Below are positions 37,840 through 46,059 of a stretch of DNA of 64,000 nucleotides, piece after piece. The stretch spans positions 974 through 64,973 of IMG/VR virus record IMGVR_UViG_3300018083_000446; one strand, 5' to 3'. The position numbers and the translations under genes were made by a program. Each line of letters opens with the position of its first letter. The first letter of the stretch is position 1. The notes under the pieces are model-generated. The model worked only from the letters and a program-made list of their open reading frames with translations. It did no database searches and was not told the DNA's origin. Origin of the DNA: a virus. Lineage: Duplodnaviria; Caudoviricetes.

Positions 37840-38147
37840 ACGACTCGTCCCCACCTGGCCCGTTGATCCCGTTCAACCAACCGTCGGCCCCGCCCCCTTC
37901 GGGCGACGACCGGCCTAACGGCCCACCCAGGCCCGTACCATTCCAGCCCAGCCCGGACGCTATCAAGGCCGTGCTAACTGCTTTGGTGATAACCCAAGGT
38001 GAGCCATTGATCAACCCCCAGCGTGTAGTGTTGTCGATCGGACGCTCTACCGTAGAGGTGGGGCGTGGTCGAAGGCTGTTCTTCGAGTACATCGAGGACG
38101 AACTCAACCCGTTCGGCCGCCTCGACCTCATAGTGGTAGACCAATGA
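37833..38147 (+). CDS. Hypothetical protein
   Basis: AAGGAG RBS. Confidence 0.65.
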   Translation: MVDDSSPPGPLIPFNQPSAPPPSGDDRPNGPPRPVPFQPSPDAIKAVLTALVITQGEPLINPQRVVLSIGRSTVEVGRGRRLFFEYIEDELNPFGRLDLIVVDQ

Positions 38148-38257
38148 ACGATCAAACCGGCGATCGCTTGTTTGTGCTGCTCGTTCTCCTGCTCCTCCTG
38201 GGTATGGCGCCTTGCGTTCTATACCTCTGGGTGTTCGTCCTTCGGGCCATCCAATGA
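38144..38257 (+). CDS. Small membrane protein (37 aa)
   Basis: Read manually: MNDQTGDRLFVLLVLLLLLG...; ATGA overlaps at both ends. Confidence 0.55.
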   Translation: MNDQTGDRLFVLLVLLLLLGMAPCVLYLWVFVLRAIQ

Positions 38258-38415
38258 CCCCTGAAGAGCTAGAGCTACTGCTCCAGACCGCACGTCGTGT
38301 AACCCTCCTCGAGGAGGCCATGATACGGCACCTAGAGGTCTCCATCGCCTTTGAACGTGAGGCTCAAGCCTTCTGGAACAACCTAGCAGAAAGGATTCCA
38401 ACCGTCCGACCATGA
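38254..38415 (+). CDS. Hypothetical protein
   Basis: MTPEELELLL; ATGA overlaps. Confidence 0.6.
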   Translation: MTPEELELLLQTARRVTLLEEAMIRHLEVSIAFEREAQAFWNNLAERIPTVRP

Positions 38416-38663
38416 ACCGCGTAGTAACCCGCACTTACAAGTCCGAGCGTGACTTCCAACGTGACGCTAACAAGCTGTGGAAACGAGGCTATACAGTCTC
38501 GTCCATCACCACCACGCCTGGCCGTACCAAGTTGGGCCAGACCCTTACCAGATACCTGGTTTTTGGTCTGTTTGCTAGGCCTGCGCGACACCATGATACG
38601 GTGACTGCAGTATATACATTGCAGCCCACCTCCACCCTAGCACCCTCGTTTGCGAGCCGGTAA
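38412..38663 (+). CDS. Hypothetical protein
   Basis: RTYKSERDFQRDANKL..GYTV.S pattern. Confidence 0.65.
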   Translation: MNRVVTRTYKSERDFQRDANKLWKRGYTVSSITTTPGRTKLGQTLTRYLVFGLFARPARHHDTVTAVYTLQPTSTLAPSFASR

Positions 38664-38690
38664 ACAACCGCGCTCCGCTGACAGGCCTGT

Positions 38691-38882
38691 GTGACCCGAA
38701 AGGATTTCCACGTGTACGTACCACTCCAGTACACCGGTAAAGAGTGCACCGATCCACGCGCTCCCCTCTACAAAGCACAACGCGTAGAGTGGATGCAACA
38801 CCAGTCAGTCACACCCCGTCTACTCGAACTCGAAGCCCAAACCCGTGCCATGACTGAGGCTATGCTAGCCTCAGAGGTCTGA
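38691..38882 (+). CDS. Hypothetical protein
   Basis: 63 aa ORF in the operon. Confidence 0.45.
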   Translation: MTRKDFHVYVPLQYTGKECTDPRAPLYKAQRVEWMQHQSVTPRLLELEAQTRAMTEAMLASEV

Positions 38883-39265
38883 TACGTGCACTCGCCATTG
38901 GGCTCCTGGCTTTCGCATTCCTATGCCTAGCTCATGGCGTTGGTCTCGCATCCGGCTCGCCGTCGGTCACCTACACTCCTGAACACACACTCGATGCTAT
39001 CGAACAGGCTTCACGTGACTCAGGCATACCCTACCGTACGCTCTATCGCATCGTGGAGTGTGAGACCGGTGGTACGTTCGACCCCTATTCAGTCGGCGCT
39101 GCAGGAGAACTAGGCGCCGTGCAACTGCATCCCAAAGGAGCACTACGAGACTTCTACCGTGTCTACGACGACCCATTCAACCCGTATGAGGCCGTATACT
39201 TCCTAGCGGAAGCCCTGTCAGGTAACCGCCCACCCTTGGGAGCGTGGGCATGGAGCTGTAAATGA
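38879..39265 (+). CDS. SLT/lysozyme-like lytic transglycosylase with N-terminal signal/anchor (non-canonical start)
   Basis: IEQAS..GIP...YRIVECETGG.FDP..VG..GELGAVQL..DPFNP; frame open up to CTG 38879 with a hydrophobic N-terminus. Confidence 0.7.
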   Translation: MIRALAIGLLAFAFLCLAHGVGLASGSPSVTYTPEHTLDAIEQASRDSGIPYRTLYRIVECETGGTFDPYSVGAAGELGAVQLHPKGALRDFYRVYDDPFNPYEAVYFLAEALSGNRPPLGAWAWSCK

Positions 39266-39375
39266 CACCTGAAGAAACCAAGAAGGCCGCCCGTAAAAAG
39301 GGTATGGAAGAAAGAAAGGCCTTGGTCGCTAAGCTGCTACGCAAGTTCGCTCCGTTGAAACACAAGTACAAGTAG
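39262..39375 (+). CDS. Small Lys-rich protein (37 aa) bracketed by 18-bp direct repeats
   Basis: Read manually: MTPEETKKAARKKG...; GGAG RBS. Confidence 0.55.
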   Translation: MTPEETKKAARKKGMEERKALVAKLLRKFAPLKHKYK

Positions 39376-39384
39376 GAGCTGTAA

Positions 39385-39777
39385 ATGACACCCGTTGCTT
39401 CTCAAACTATCTTCTGGGCCCCGGCTTCAACGCCGGGGTCCCGTTCGGTTACGAACGAACGTATCGAATGGTTGGTACGCTCCACATACGGTGGGTTCGA
39501 GCGCCTCAGCCGTAAGCGTAACCCACACCTGAGTTGCTTCGACGCATGGCACGTCCACGACTTTCGACCCGCGCATGATCCTATCTTCAGTTCGTTGCTG
39601 CGATGCGCCCACTGCAACGCAGCCTCATTTGAGGTTCTGCACCACCACAACTTCACCGGCGCGCACAACAGACCGACGTGCGCGTATCGTGAACTCGTTG
39701 AAGTGTACTACAACCCTACGTCTGCAGCGCTGTTCGCCATCGCTGACTGTGGTGTGATACACCTATGGATGGACTGA
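39385..39777 (+). CDS. Hypothetical Cys/His-rich protein
   Basis: AGGAG RBS; 130 aa. Confidence 0.65.
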   Translation: MTPVASQTIFWAPASTPGSRSVTNERIEWLVRSTYGGFERLSRKRNPHLSCFDAWHVHDFRPAHDPIFSSLLRCAHCNAASFEVLHHHNFTGAHNRPTCAYRELVEVYYNPTSAALFAIADCGVIHLWMD

Positions 39778-39783
39778 CTAAAA

Positions 39784-39936
39784 CCCTAGCACTGCGACCT
39801 CATTGGGGTCCGTGTGCTAGGGTCCAGCCAGACTGCATGACCTGCCTTTATAGTGAGGCGACGAGCGGAGGGTTGACTCTTCCCAACCCGTCACCCCACT
39901 ATAAAGGCAGGCCGCTCGCTCCCCTTGGGCGAGCGA
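39784..39936. other. Cluster of three hairpins between convergent genes
   Basis: CCCTAGCAC../..GTGCTAGGG; 15-bp perfect IR 39841-39855/39897-39911; CGCTCGCTC/GGGCGAGCG. Confidence 0.75.
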
Positions 39937-39950
39937 CCCGCCGCCCCACC

Positions 39951-40409
39951 CTACGCGGCTGCGGGCACCGCCGTTTCAGGGACGGGCGTGCCGTCCGCCA
40001 CGTTCGCAGCTGCCTGGGCAGTAGCCTGCTCAACCGAGAGGCCCTGCGCCTTGAGCGCATTGAACTGAGCGAACAGCGCCTTCATGGTGTTCGAGCGCGT
40101 CTCGCGACGGGTCTTCTGAGCCGCCTCGCGCTCCTCATCGGTCGCGTACTTGCGCCGAGGAGTGGACACGGACACTGGGATCTCGATACCACGCTGGCCA
40201 GCCAGCAAGTCACGAATGAACACACCAGCCGGCTTCTCAGCCTGTTGGGCTTCCGCCTCGAAGATTGACTTCATGTTGGCGGGCATCGGAACCACGATAT
40301 ACGAGCGCAGCTGTCGGCGCTGCTTGCGCTTCTCCTGCTCTTCCGGTGTCAGTTCCTTTTTCGCTGGGGCCTCGGCCGTCGCGCTATCCGTTCCATTACC
40401 TCGTGCCAT
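39951..40409 (-). CDS. Ribbon-helix-helix DNA-binding protein (paralog of 33370-33831), possible repressor/regulator
   Basis: GGAGGT RBS and own promoter; YIVVPMPANMKSIF..FIRDLL..RRKYATDEERE. Confidence 0.7.
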   Translation of the reverse strand: MARGNGTDSATAEAPAKKELTPEEQEKRKQRRQLRSYIVVPMPANMKSIFEAEAQQAEKPAGVFIRDLLAGQRGIEIPVSVSTPRRKYATDEEREAAQKTRRETRSNTMKALFAQFNALKAQGLSVEQATAQAAANVADGTPVPETAVPAAA

Positions 40410-40437
40410 CGGGGGCACCTCCACATTGGTTGATACC

Positions 40438-40469
40438 CTAGTATCGCACGCCACGTATGGGGGTGTCAA
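40438..40469 (-). promoter_or_regulatory. Promoter TTGACA-N18-GATACT (TGCGATACTAG), same design as at 47000
   Basis: -35 at 40469-40464, -10 at 40445-40440. Confidence 0.65.
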
Positions 40470-40510
40470 GCCCCTTTTCAACCAATGTGTGACCAATTCC
40501 AAACACCGAC

Positions 40511-40590
40511 CTACCCCCACGCGACCACCCCCTACCCCCACGCTACCCCCACCCCACGACCCCCACGCACGGTAGTCTGGGGTATACCCC
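40511..40590. repeat. CTACCCCCAC tandem-like repeats plus GGGGTATACCCC palindrome
   Basis: Copies at 40511, 40532, 40543 and a variant at 40558; palindrome 40579-40590. Confidence 0.8.
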
Positions 40591-40608
40591 CGTAGTTACC
40601 CGGTCTCC

Positions 40609-40637
40609 TTGACCAAACAAATCAATCATGGTATAGT
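40609..40637 (+). promoter_or_regulatory. Promoter TTGACC-N17-TATAGT (extended -10)
   Basis: ATG 7 nt downstream at 40645. Confidence 0.75.
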
Positions 40638-40644
40638 GAGAGAA

Positions 40645-40902
40645 ATGCCCCACCAAATCCCTGACGCAGTCCAAGCTCGACGCTTTGTAGAGCTCAACAA
40701 GGACCACAACCCCTTCTTTCCGGAAGGCCTACTGTTCGACGGCAAGTGCCCGTCCCTTACCTCAAACGTGGAGTCGTACCATGTAATCATCACCCAACAT
40801 GCTGCCAGTTGCACATGTCCAGCATGGGGATACAACCCTTACAAGGCGTGCAAGCACATAACGCTTATCCAACAGGCTATGCTCCACGCTGGTGGGGTAT
40901 AG
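40645..40902 (+). CDS. SWIM zinc-finger protein
   Basis: YHV....SCTCPAW......CKHI. Confidence 0.8.
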   Translation: MPHQIPDAVQARRFVELNKDHNPFFPEGLLFDGKCPSLTSNVESYHVIITQHAASCTCPAWGYNPYKACKHITLIQQAMLHAGGV

Positions 40903-40922
40903 CTTTTCCATTTGGAAAAGGT
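40901..40922. repeat. 22-bp palindromic motif copy 5 (AGCTTTTCCATTTGGAAAAGGT)
   Basis: Overlaps the SWIM gene TAG and the next gene's RBS region. Confidence 0.95.
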
Positions 40923-40927
40923 GAACC

Positions 40928-41134
40928 ATGGAAGAAGAATCAGTAGCCCACTCGCCTGCGTTGACTAAGGATATCGCCGTCTCAATTCGAGACCTCTTGC
41001 GTGAAGACGACGAAGGCGAACTCGATCCGTACGATGCGATCATAAACGGCGTAGGCGGTGGTTCGACGTTCAAGCTCACCAACACTGAGACTGAGCTCCA
41101 GTACCTGGTGACCATCGCCCCCGTCGAGGACTAG
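40928..41134 (+). CDS. Hypothetical acidic protein
   Basis: 68 aa. Confidence 0.6.
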   Translation: MEEESVAHSPALTKDIAVSIRDLLREDDEGELDPYDAIINGVGGGSTFKLTNTETELQYLVTIAPVED

Positions 41135-41135
41135 C

Positions 41136-41327
41136 GTGAAAACGCCTCGCATAGATCGGATTATTCAGGGGCTACTACTCTACCTGGTAGGTGTGGCGGT
41201 GCTGTTCCTTGTAATAGCACCATTTTACGCTACGCCTTGGTGGGCTTGGGCTTTGGTGGCTTGGCCAACAGCAGGTATGGCAGTGCTCATAGTGTACGAC
41301 GAAGTCCGTCGAAGGCGAGGCCACTAG
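41136..41327 (+). CDS. Small two-TM membrane protein
   Basis: Two hydrophobic segments; GAGG RBS. Confidence 0.65.
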   Translation: MKTPRIDRIIQGLLLYLVGVAVLFLVIAPFYATPWWAWALVAWPTAGMAVLIVYDEVRRRRGH

Positions 41328-41328
41328 C

Positions 41329-41925
41329 ATGAGTCGAGCCTCGCTCGTCGGAGCACCGTGTGAATCGGCTCGCTACGAAGGGCGAGGCCGATTCGGCGCT
41401 CGAGACCCTGTATATGGACCGTTGTGCGGTCGCCCGGCTCGTTTCGTATGGTTGGGCATCGACCCCAGCGTCCTCGGTTTGACCGTTGCACAGCGCAAGA
41501 AGTATATCCGCGCTAATGTCCTGATGTGTTGGGACTGTGCGCGTCGCATGTACGAGATGTTCTGTTGGCAGCTCAAGGATGGCAAGGCTAAGCTAGAAAG
41601 GCTCGACGTGGTAAAACTCAGGTTACACTGTAAGGACTGTGGAGCCACAGTTTACGTGTCCTGGGATGGCGACGTTATTACCACCCACCCCGGTGAGATC
41701 AAGTGGTGCGTACGCTGTGGCAAGCGTGCGGCTATGGACCTGGACCACGAACGAGACTTCCTAGAGGTCATGGCCCAGGACCTGGCAGAGAACGGTGCTA
41801 CCCCTGATGTACGCCTCATACAGATGCTGTACGAGGATTGGCCTCGAACGGATCGACGATTCGATGGCTTCTATGACTACTTCAAGTACGTCATGGCCCA
41901 CCCAGAAGAGATTGGAGTCGGATGA
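41329..41925 (+). CDS. Zn-binding hypothetical protein
   Basis: CWDC, CKDC, CVRC motifs. Confidence 0.7.
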   Translation: MSRASLVGAPCESARYEGRGRFGARDPVYGPLCGRPARFVWLGIDPSVLGLTVAQRKKYIRANVLMCWDCARRMYEMFCWQLKDGKAKLERLDVVKLRLHCKDCGATVYVSWDGDVITTHPGEIKWCVRCGKRAAMDLDHERDFLEVMAQDLAENGATPDVRLIQMLYEDWPRTDRRFDGFYDYFKYVMAHPEEIGVG

Positions 41926-43292
41926 ACATCATACCACAAGGAGTGGCTGAATTCCTTGACCCACCACCCGAACCGCCCGTGCCCCTTAGGCTGCCTGCTT
42001 TGCTCGAGCCACGTGCCTATCAGCTGGAGGCAGCTGAATGGCTTTATCGTGGGAAGCGCCGTATCCTCGGTGATGACGCTGGTCTTGGTAAGACTCTGGA
42101 GGCGGCTATGGCGGCCGTCAAGCCAGTCCTCATCATATGCCCCACGTACCTTGTATGGCAATGGGCAGCCTTTATTGAAGAGAACTACCCAACAGACACT
42201 ATCGCGGTGGCTGGTGTTGGCTCGCGAAAGCAAAGGCACCAAGCCCTCACAGGTTCGGACAACCTGGCGACCTTCGTAAAGGAAGCTCCCGCAGACTGGA
42301 CCATCGTAAACACTGACATGGTGCGTAGCTACGCGATGCCCGAAGTGGAGACAGTGATCCTCGATGAGGCCCACCACTTCCGCAATCGTGAAGCCGAGCG
42401 CTCCAAGAACTGTGCCGCTTTGACGGCGCGTACCCCACGTGTGTACGAGCTGACCGCCACGCCGATCTATAAGGACGTGGGTAACCTGTACCACCTGTTG
42501 CACATGCTGGACCCCACCACCTACAAGTCCTACTACGACTGCATCGACCGATGGGCCGTTACATACGGTGATCGTTGGTCCACCAAGATCGTACGCCTGC
42601 GTAGCCCTAAGGCTCTAGAGCGTGAGCTCGAGCCGTGGCTCCTTCGGAGGACTTATAAGGACGTAGGCCTATTCCTGCCAGAGATCATCGAGAACCACGA
42701 CGTGCTCCAACTCGAGCCGAAGTACAAGAAAATGTACGACGACTTGCGAGACTACTATCGGAAGCCCGATGGGGAGTACGCCAACAGCGCGGCTGAAATC
42801 CTGCACTTGCTGCGCCATTGCACTGTCGGTCCTAAGATCGACGCCATCCCTCAGATACTGGAGGACAACCCTGGTCCTTGTGTAGTGTTCACGTGGTATC
42901 GTGAATCAGCCGACATATGCGCTGACGTACTACAGAAACTGTACTCCCGCCCAACAGACCCCGTCGTAGTGAAAGGCGACGTTGACCCTGACACTCGCTC
43001 AGCCATTGCCAAAGAAGCCATCAACGCAGGCGGTATCGTCGTAGCTACGATGGCTTCTCTAGGTGAGGGCGTTGACCTAAGCGCCGCTAAGACCTGTATC
43101 TTCCTAGAGGAGGACTACGTACCTGGCCGTATGTATCAGACTGTCAAGCGCATCCAGCGGTGGACAACGGACGAACGTCCTGTGCTTGCGCATTACATTA
43201 GGTGCCGTGGTACTGTTGACACGGTTGTCCACCGTGCTGTAGTGGACCGCAAAGGCACCGCCGAATCCATCCTGAAGGACGCACTCGATTGA
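41922..43292 (+). CDS. SNF2-family (SF2) helicase
   Basis: RAYQ, LGDDAGLGKT, ILDEAH, LTATP, LRRT, GEGVDL, QTVKRIQR. Confidence 0.92.
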   Translation: MNIIPQGVAEFLDPPPEPPVPLRLPALLEPRAYQLEAAEWLYRGKRRILGDDAGLGKTLEAAMAAVKPVLIICPTYLVWQWAAFIEENYPTDTIAVAGVGSRKQRHQALTGSDNLATFVKEAPADWTIVNTDMVRSYAMPEVETVILDEAHHFRNREAERSKNCAALTARTPRVYELTATPIYKDVGNLYHLLHMLDPTTYKSYYDCIDRWAVTYGDRWSTKIVRLRSPKALERELEPWLLRRTYKDVGLFLPEIIENHDVLQLEPKYKKMYDDLRDYYRKPDGEYANSAAEILHLLRHCTVGPKIDAIPQILEDNPGPCVVFTWYRESADICADVLQKLYSRPTDPVVVKGDVDPDTRSAIAKEAINAGGIVVATMASLGEGVDLSAAKTCIFLEEDYVPGRMYQTVKRIQRWTTDERPVLAHYIRCRGTVDTVVHRAVVDRKGTAESILKDALD

Positions 43293-43501
43293 AGCCAGGT
43301 ATACACAAACTACCAATTTTGACACGCAAGTTGTACACCGACAACGAGCTAGAAGTTTCCGGGCACACAGTCTTATACATTTGGGATGGTTTCGCTACCA
43401 AGATTGATTTTACAGGCGCTCGACACGAAGAACTAGCCACCGCGTACTACGAGTGGCTACGAAAAAAGAAGCCTATCTTTCCAAAGGTCCCACTCGATTG
43501 A
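43289..43501 (+). CDS. Hypothetical protein
   Basis: TTGA overlap coupling. Confidence 0.55.
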   Translation: MKPGIHKLPILTRKLYTDNELEVSGHTVLYIWDGFATKIDFTGARHEELATAYYEWLRKKKPIFPKVPLD

Positions 43502-43734
43502 CCACCATCTTTTGCGCCAACTACAAAGACGGCGATGCTTGCACCGACGGATGCCGTATGTTGTGGGATCGAGACATAGACACAGCTGAAGACGTCCTTC
43601 GAAGGAACCCCGAATGGTTTGGGGTTACTAGCTGGTGTGCAGACCATGGCATACACGTACGTTGGTACTGCGCTATCACCTGTTTCACTCGCTACCATGA
43701 ACGACACGACCACCAAGAAAGCACATTCGATTGA
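43498..43734 (+). CDS. Hypothetical Cys/His protein
   Basis: TTGA overlaps at both ends. Confidence 0.5.
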   Translation: MTTIFCANYKDGDACTDGCRMLWDRDIDTAEDVLRRNPEWFGVTSWCADHGIHVRWYCAITCFTRYHERHDHQESTFD

Positions 43735-44102
43735 AGAAGTTCAATCTTCGATGCCGTAAATGCAATGGTTCTCGCATCTATATCACACACAAGCGTACGA
43801 ACTATGGTGAGGACGGGCACGACGACACCTACTACCTCACGTGCGCCACATGTGGCACAGGCGAAGAAATCACTGACTACCCTATGCAGCCCGAACCATC
43901 GTTGGACCCTGTTGCGATGACCGTGTACGCTATGGAAGGCGTACAGAAGTACCTAGACAAGGTCAACACTGAATGCCGAACCGCTTATACCGCTAGAATG
44001 GAGCCCCCGCCTACTTCCACGCCAGTGAAAGGCCTCCTACGTATCGGAGGTAACTACGATTCCGGTGTGTGGTCGCTTACCCTAGTCCTGGAGGACTCAT
44101 GA
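43731..44102 (+). CDS. Zinc-ribbon protein
   Basis: CRKC...CATC. Confidence 0.6.
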   Translation: MKKFNLRCRKCNGSRIYITHKRTNYGEDGHDDTYYLTCATCGTGEEITDYPMQPEPSLDPVAMTVYAMEGVQKYLDKVNTECRTAYTARMEPPPTSTPVKGLLRIGGNYDSGVWSLTLVLEDS

Positions 44103-44296
44103 CCCTCAGTAAGCAACGCATCCTCGAAGTGGCGTTCGACGCCGTCGAGACGTACGTATCCAAGTACAACGACGACAACGAATCCCAGGTCTCCGTTAGC
44201 CTCGAACTCGAAGGCGACGCGTCCGACAATGGCTGCATCAACATTGATGGTGGTCACGTGCACGGTGCGTGGGTACTACTGTTGGGGGAGTTGTAA
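44099..44296 (+). CDS. Hypothetical protein
   Basis: GGAGG RBS, ATGA overlap. Confidence 0.6.
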   Translation: MTLSKQRILEVAFDAVETYVSKYNDDNESQVSVSLELEGDASDNGCINIDGGHVHGAWVLLLGEL

Positions 44297-44659
44297 ATGC
44301 CGTCCAACTTCCCACCTGAGATCCGCAAGGCCATGATCTGGGTAGCCAAGGACTGTTGGCAGATTGCTGACGACCACGGCTGGCACACATCAGACCGTTC
44401 CACCCTCGAGCGTGCCATGTTGGTAGTTACGGAGTTGAGCGAACTATGTGAGTCCGCTCGTTCCAACACGCTCGCAGACCCCAGCGACCACATTCCTCAG
44501 TACACCATGGCTGAAGAAGAATGGGCCGACGTGTTGGTGCGCGTGTTCGACCACTGCGTAGAGGACCATGTATCGCACGAACGACTCATCAGTGCCTTGT
44601 TTGCGAAGATGGAGTTCAACCGCTCACGCCCATACCGCCACGGCAACAAGACGGCATGA
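44297..44659 (+). CDS. MazG-like nucleotide pyrophosphohydrolase
   Basis: LVVTELSELCE..R...EEEWADVLVRVFD...KMEFNRSRPYRHG. Confidence 0.85.
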   Translation: MPSNFPPEIRKAMIWVAKDCWQIADDHGWHTSDRSTLERAMLVVTELSELCESARSNTLADPSDHIPQYTMAEEEWADVLVRVFDHCVEDHVSHERLISALFAKMEFNRSRPYRHGNKTA

Positions 44660-44829
44660 CCACGCCGTACCCAGGCTCTGAAGGCCAGACCTATCACATG
44701 CATATTGAGACTGAAGTAGCAAACGTGACGCTCACTGCCAGCGTTTACTTCGACGCGAACATCGCTAAGTTCGACCCCGTGTGGGAGGAAATCACCGACT
44801 ACATCGCTGCTAAAATGAACGCACTATAA
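44656..44829 (+). CDS. Hypothetical protein
   Basis: ATGA overlap; MTTPYPGS. Confidence 0.5.
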   Translation: MTTPYPGSEGQTYHMHIETEVANVTLTASVYFDANIAKFDPVWEEITDYIAAKMNAL

Positions 44830-45083
44830 TGGTAGTTTCATTTGAGCCCGTCGAACAAGTCGACCGCATACGTGACGTGGTGTCCCGTATCTGTACGTTG
44901 AGCGTGGACGACCTCGAACTAGTGCTGCGAGAAACTACTAAGTTCGAATCGTTCGCCCCCTACGTGGACGCCACGCTGTACCTCGATCGCCGTGAAGACA
45001 ATCTCATGTTCCAGGAGGTAGTGCGAGGCCTACTCGAATACCGTAAGTTCCTCACAGTCCATGAACACAACTACCGAAGATAG
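44829..45083 (+). CDS. Hypothetical protein
   Basis: TAATG coupling. Confidence 0.6.
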   Translation: MVVSFEPVEQVDRIRDVVSRICTLSVDDLELVLRETTKFESFAPYVDATLYLDRREDNLMFQEVVRGLLEYRKFLTVHEHNYRR

Positions 45084-45084
45084 T

Positions 45085-45366
45085 ATGGCCGAAACCGCTA
45101 ACATCACCGTGTTGTACGACGCTGGCCCTTCAACCAGGGCTGTGGTCTACATCAATGGTGAACTGCACGAAGCAGCCAACCACACCAACGAGGACGGATT
45201 CGTATGGTCCTTGCTCGACCAACTCCAAGGCAAGATCGTCGGAGAGATCGACACCACCGAATACCTCAAGGCTGACTACTACGACGTCAACGATCGTAAC
45301 GACTCTTTCCCACCGTTGCTCCATGACATTCCTAAAGACGAATACGAGGACCCGGATAACCTATGA
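45085..45366 (+). CDS. Hypothetical acidic protein
   Basis: MAETANIT... Confidence 0.6.
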   Translation: MAETANITVLYDAGPSTRAVVYINGELHEAANHTNEDGFVWSLLDQLQGKIVGEIDTTEYLKADYYDVNDRNDSFPPLLHDIPKDEYEDPDNL

Positions 45367-46055
45367 GTACTCTACGACTCGAAGGTCTAGGGCTCGGGCG
45401 TCACGAAGACCCCGACCCTAAGGATGCGCTCTTCCCAGTACGCACGTTGCTGCAAGCGTTCCCATCAGCCCCTCCAGCCTACCGCATGTGGCCACACCCG
45501 TACCCTCACCCGTTAGACCAAGGTAATACTGGTACGTGCGTCGGTCATGGCTTCAAGCACCAACTCATGGCTGCCCCTGGCAAACGCTACGATTCAGACG
45601 AGGAACCTACAGCACTCACCATCTACCGGGAGGCCTGCCCCCTAGATCCGTGGCCTGAGAACGACGACGGTAACCTCCAACACGGTACGTCCGTGCGTGC
45701 TGGTGCCCAGGCCCTGATGGCTCGTAACATCATCACCAGTTACTGGTGGGCTAACACCCTCCAGGATTGCATCGACCATCTGTTGCTACGTGGGCCGTTG
45801 GTATTGGGGTGGAACTGGTACGAGTCCATGTTCTACCCTACCTCCAAAGGGTACATCACCCCTAGTGGTGGTGTGGCTGGTGGGCACTGCCTGCTTGCCA
45901 TCGGTGTTATCCCTGAAGCTCGACGCATCCGTTTACTCAACTCATGGGGTGGAGACTGGGGCCAGAACGGCCGCGTGTGGGTATCGTACGATACATTCGA
46001 GCGTCTCATGGACGAGGACGGTGAAGCATGCACCACGGTAGAACCGAGGCCGTAG
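45363..46055 (+). CDS. Papain-like C1 cysteine peptidase
   Basis: LDQGNTGTCVG (Gln/Cys), GGHC (His), NSWGGDWGQNG (Asn). Confidence 0.9.
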   Translation: MSTLRLEGLGLGRHEDPDPKDALFPVRTLLQAFPSAPPAYRMWPHPYPHPLDQGNTGTCVGHGFKHQLMAAPGKRYDSDEEPTALTIYREACPLDPWPENDDGNLQHGTSVRAGAQALMARNIITSYWWANTLQDCIDHLLLRGPLVLGWNWYESMFYPTSKGYITPSGGVAGGHCLLAIGVIPEARRIRLLNSWGGDWGQNGRVWVSYDTFERLMDEDGEACTTVEPRP

Positions 46056-46059
46056 GCCC

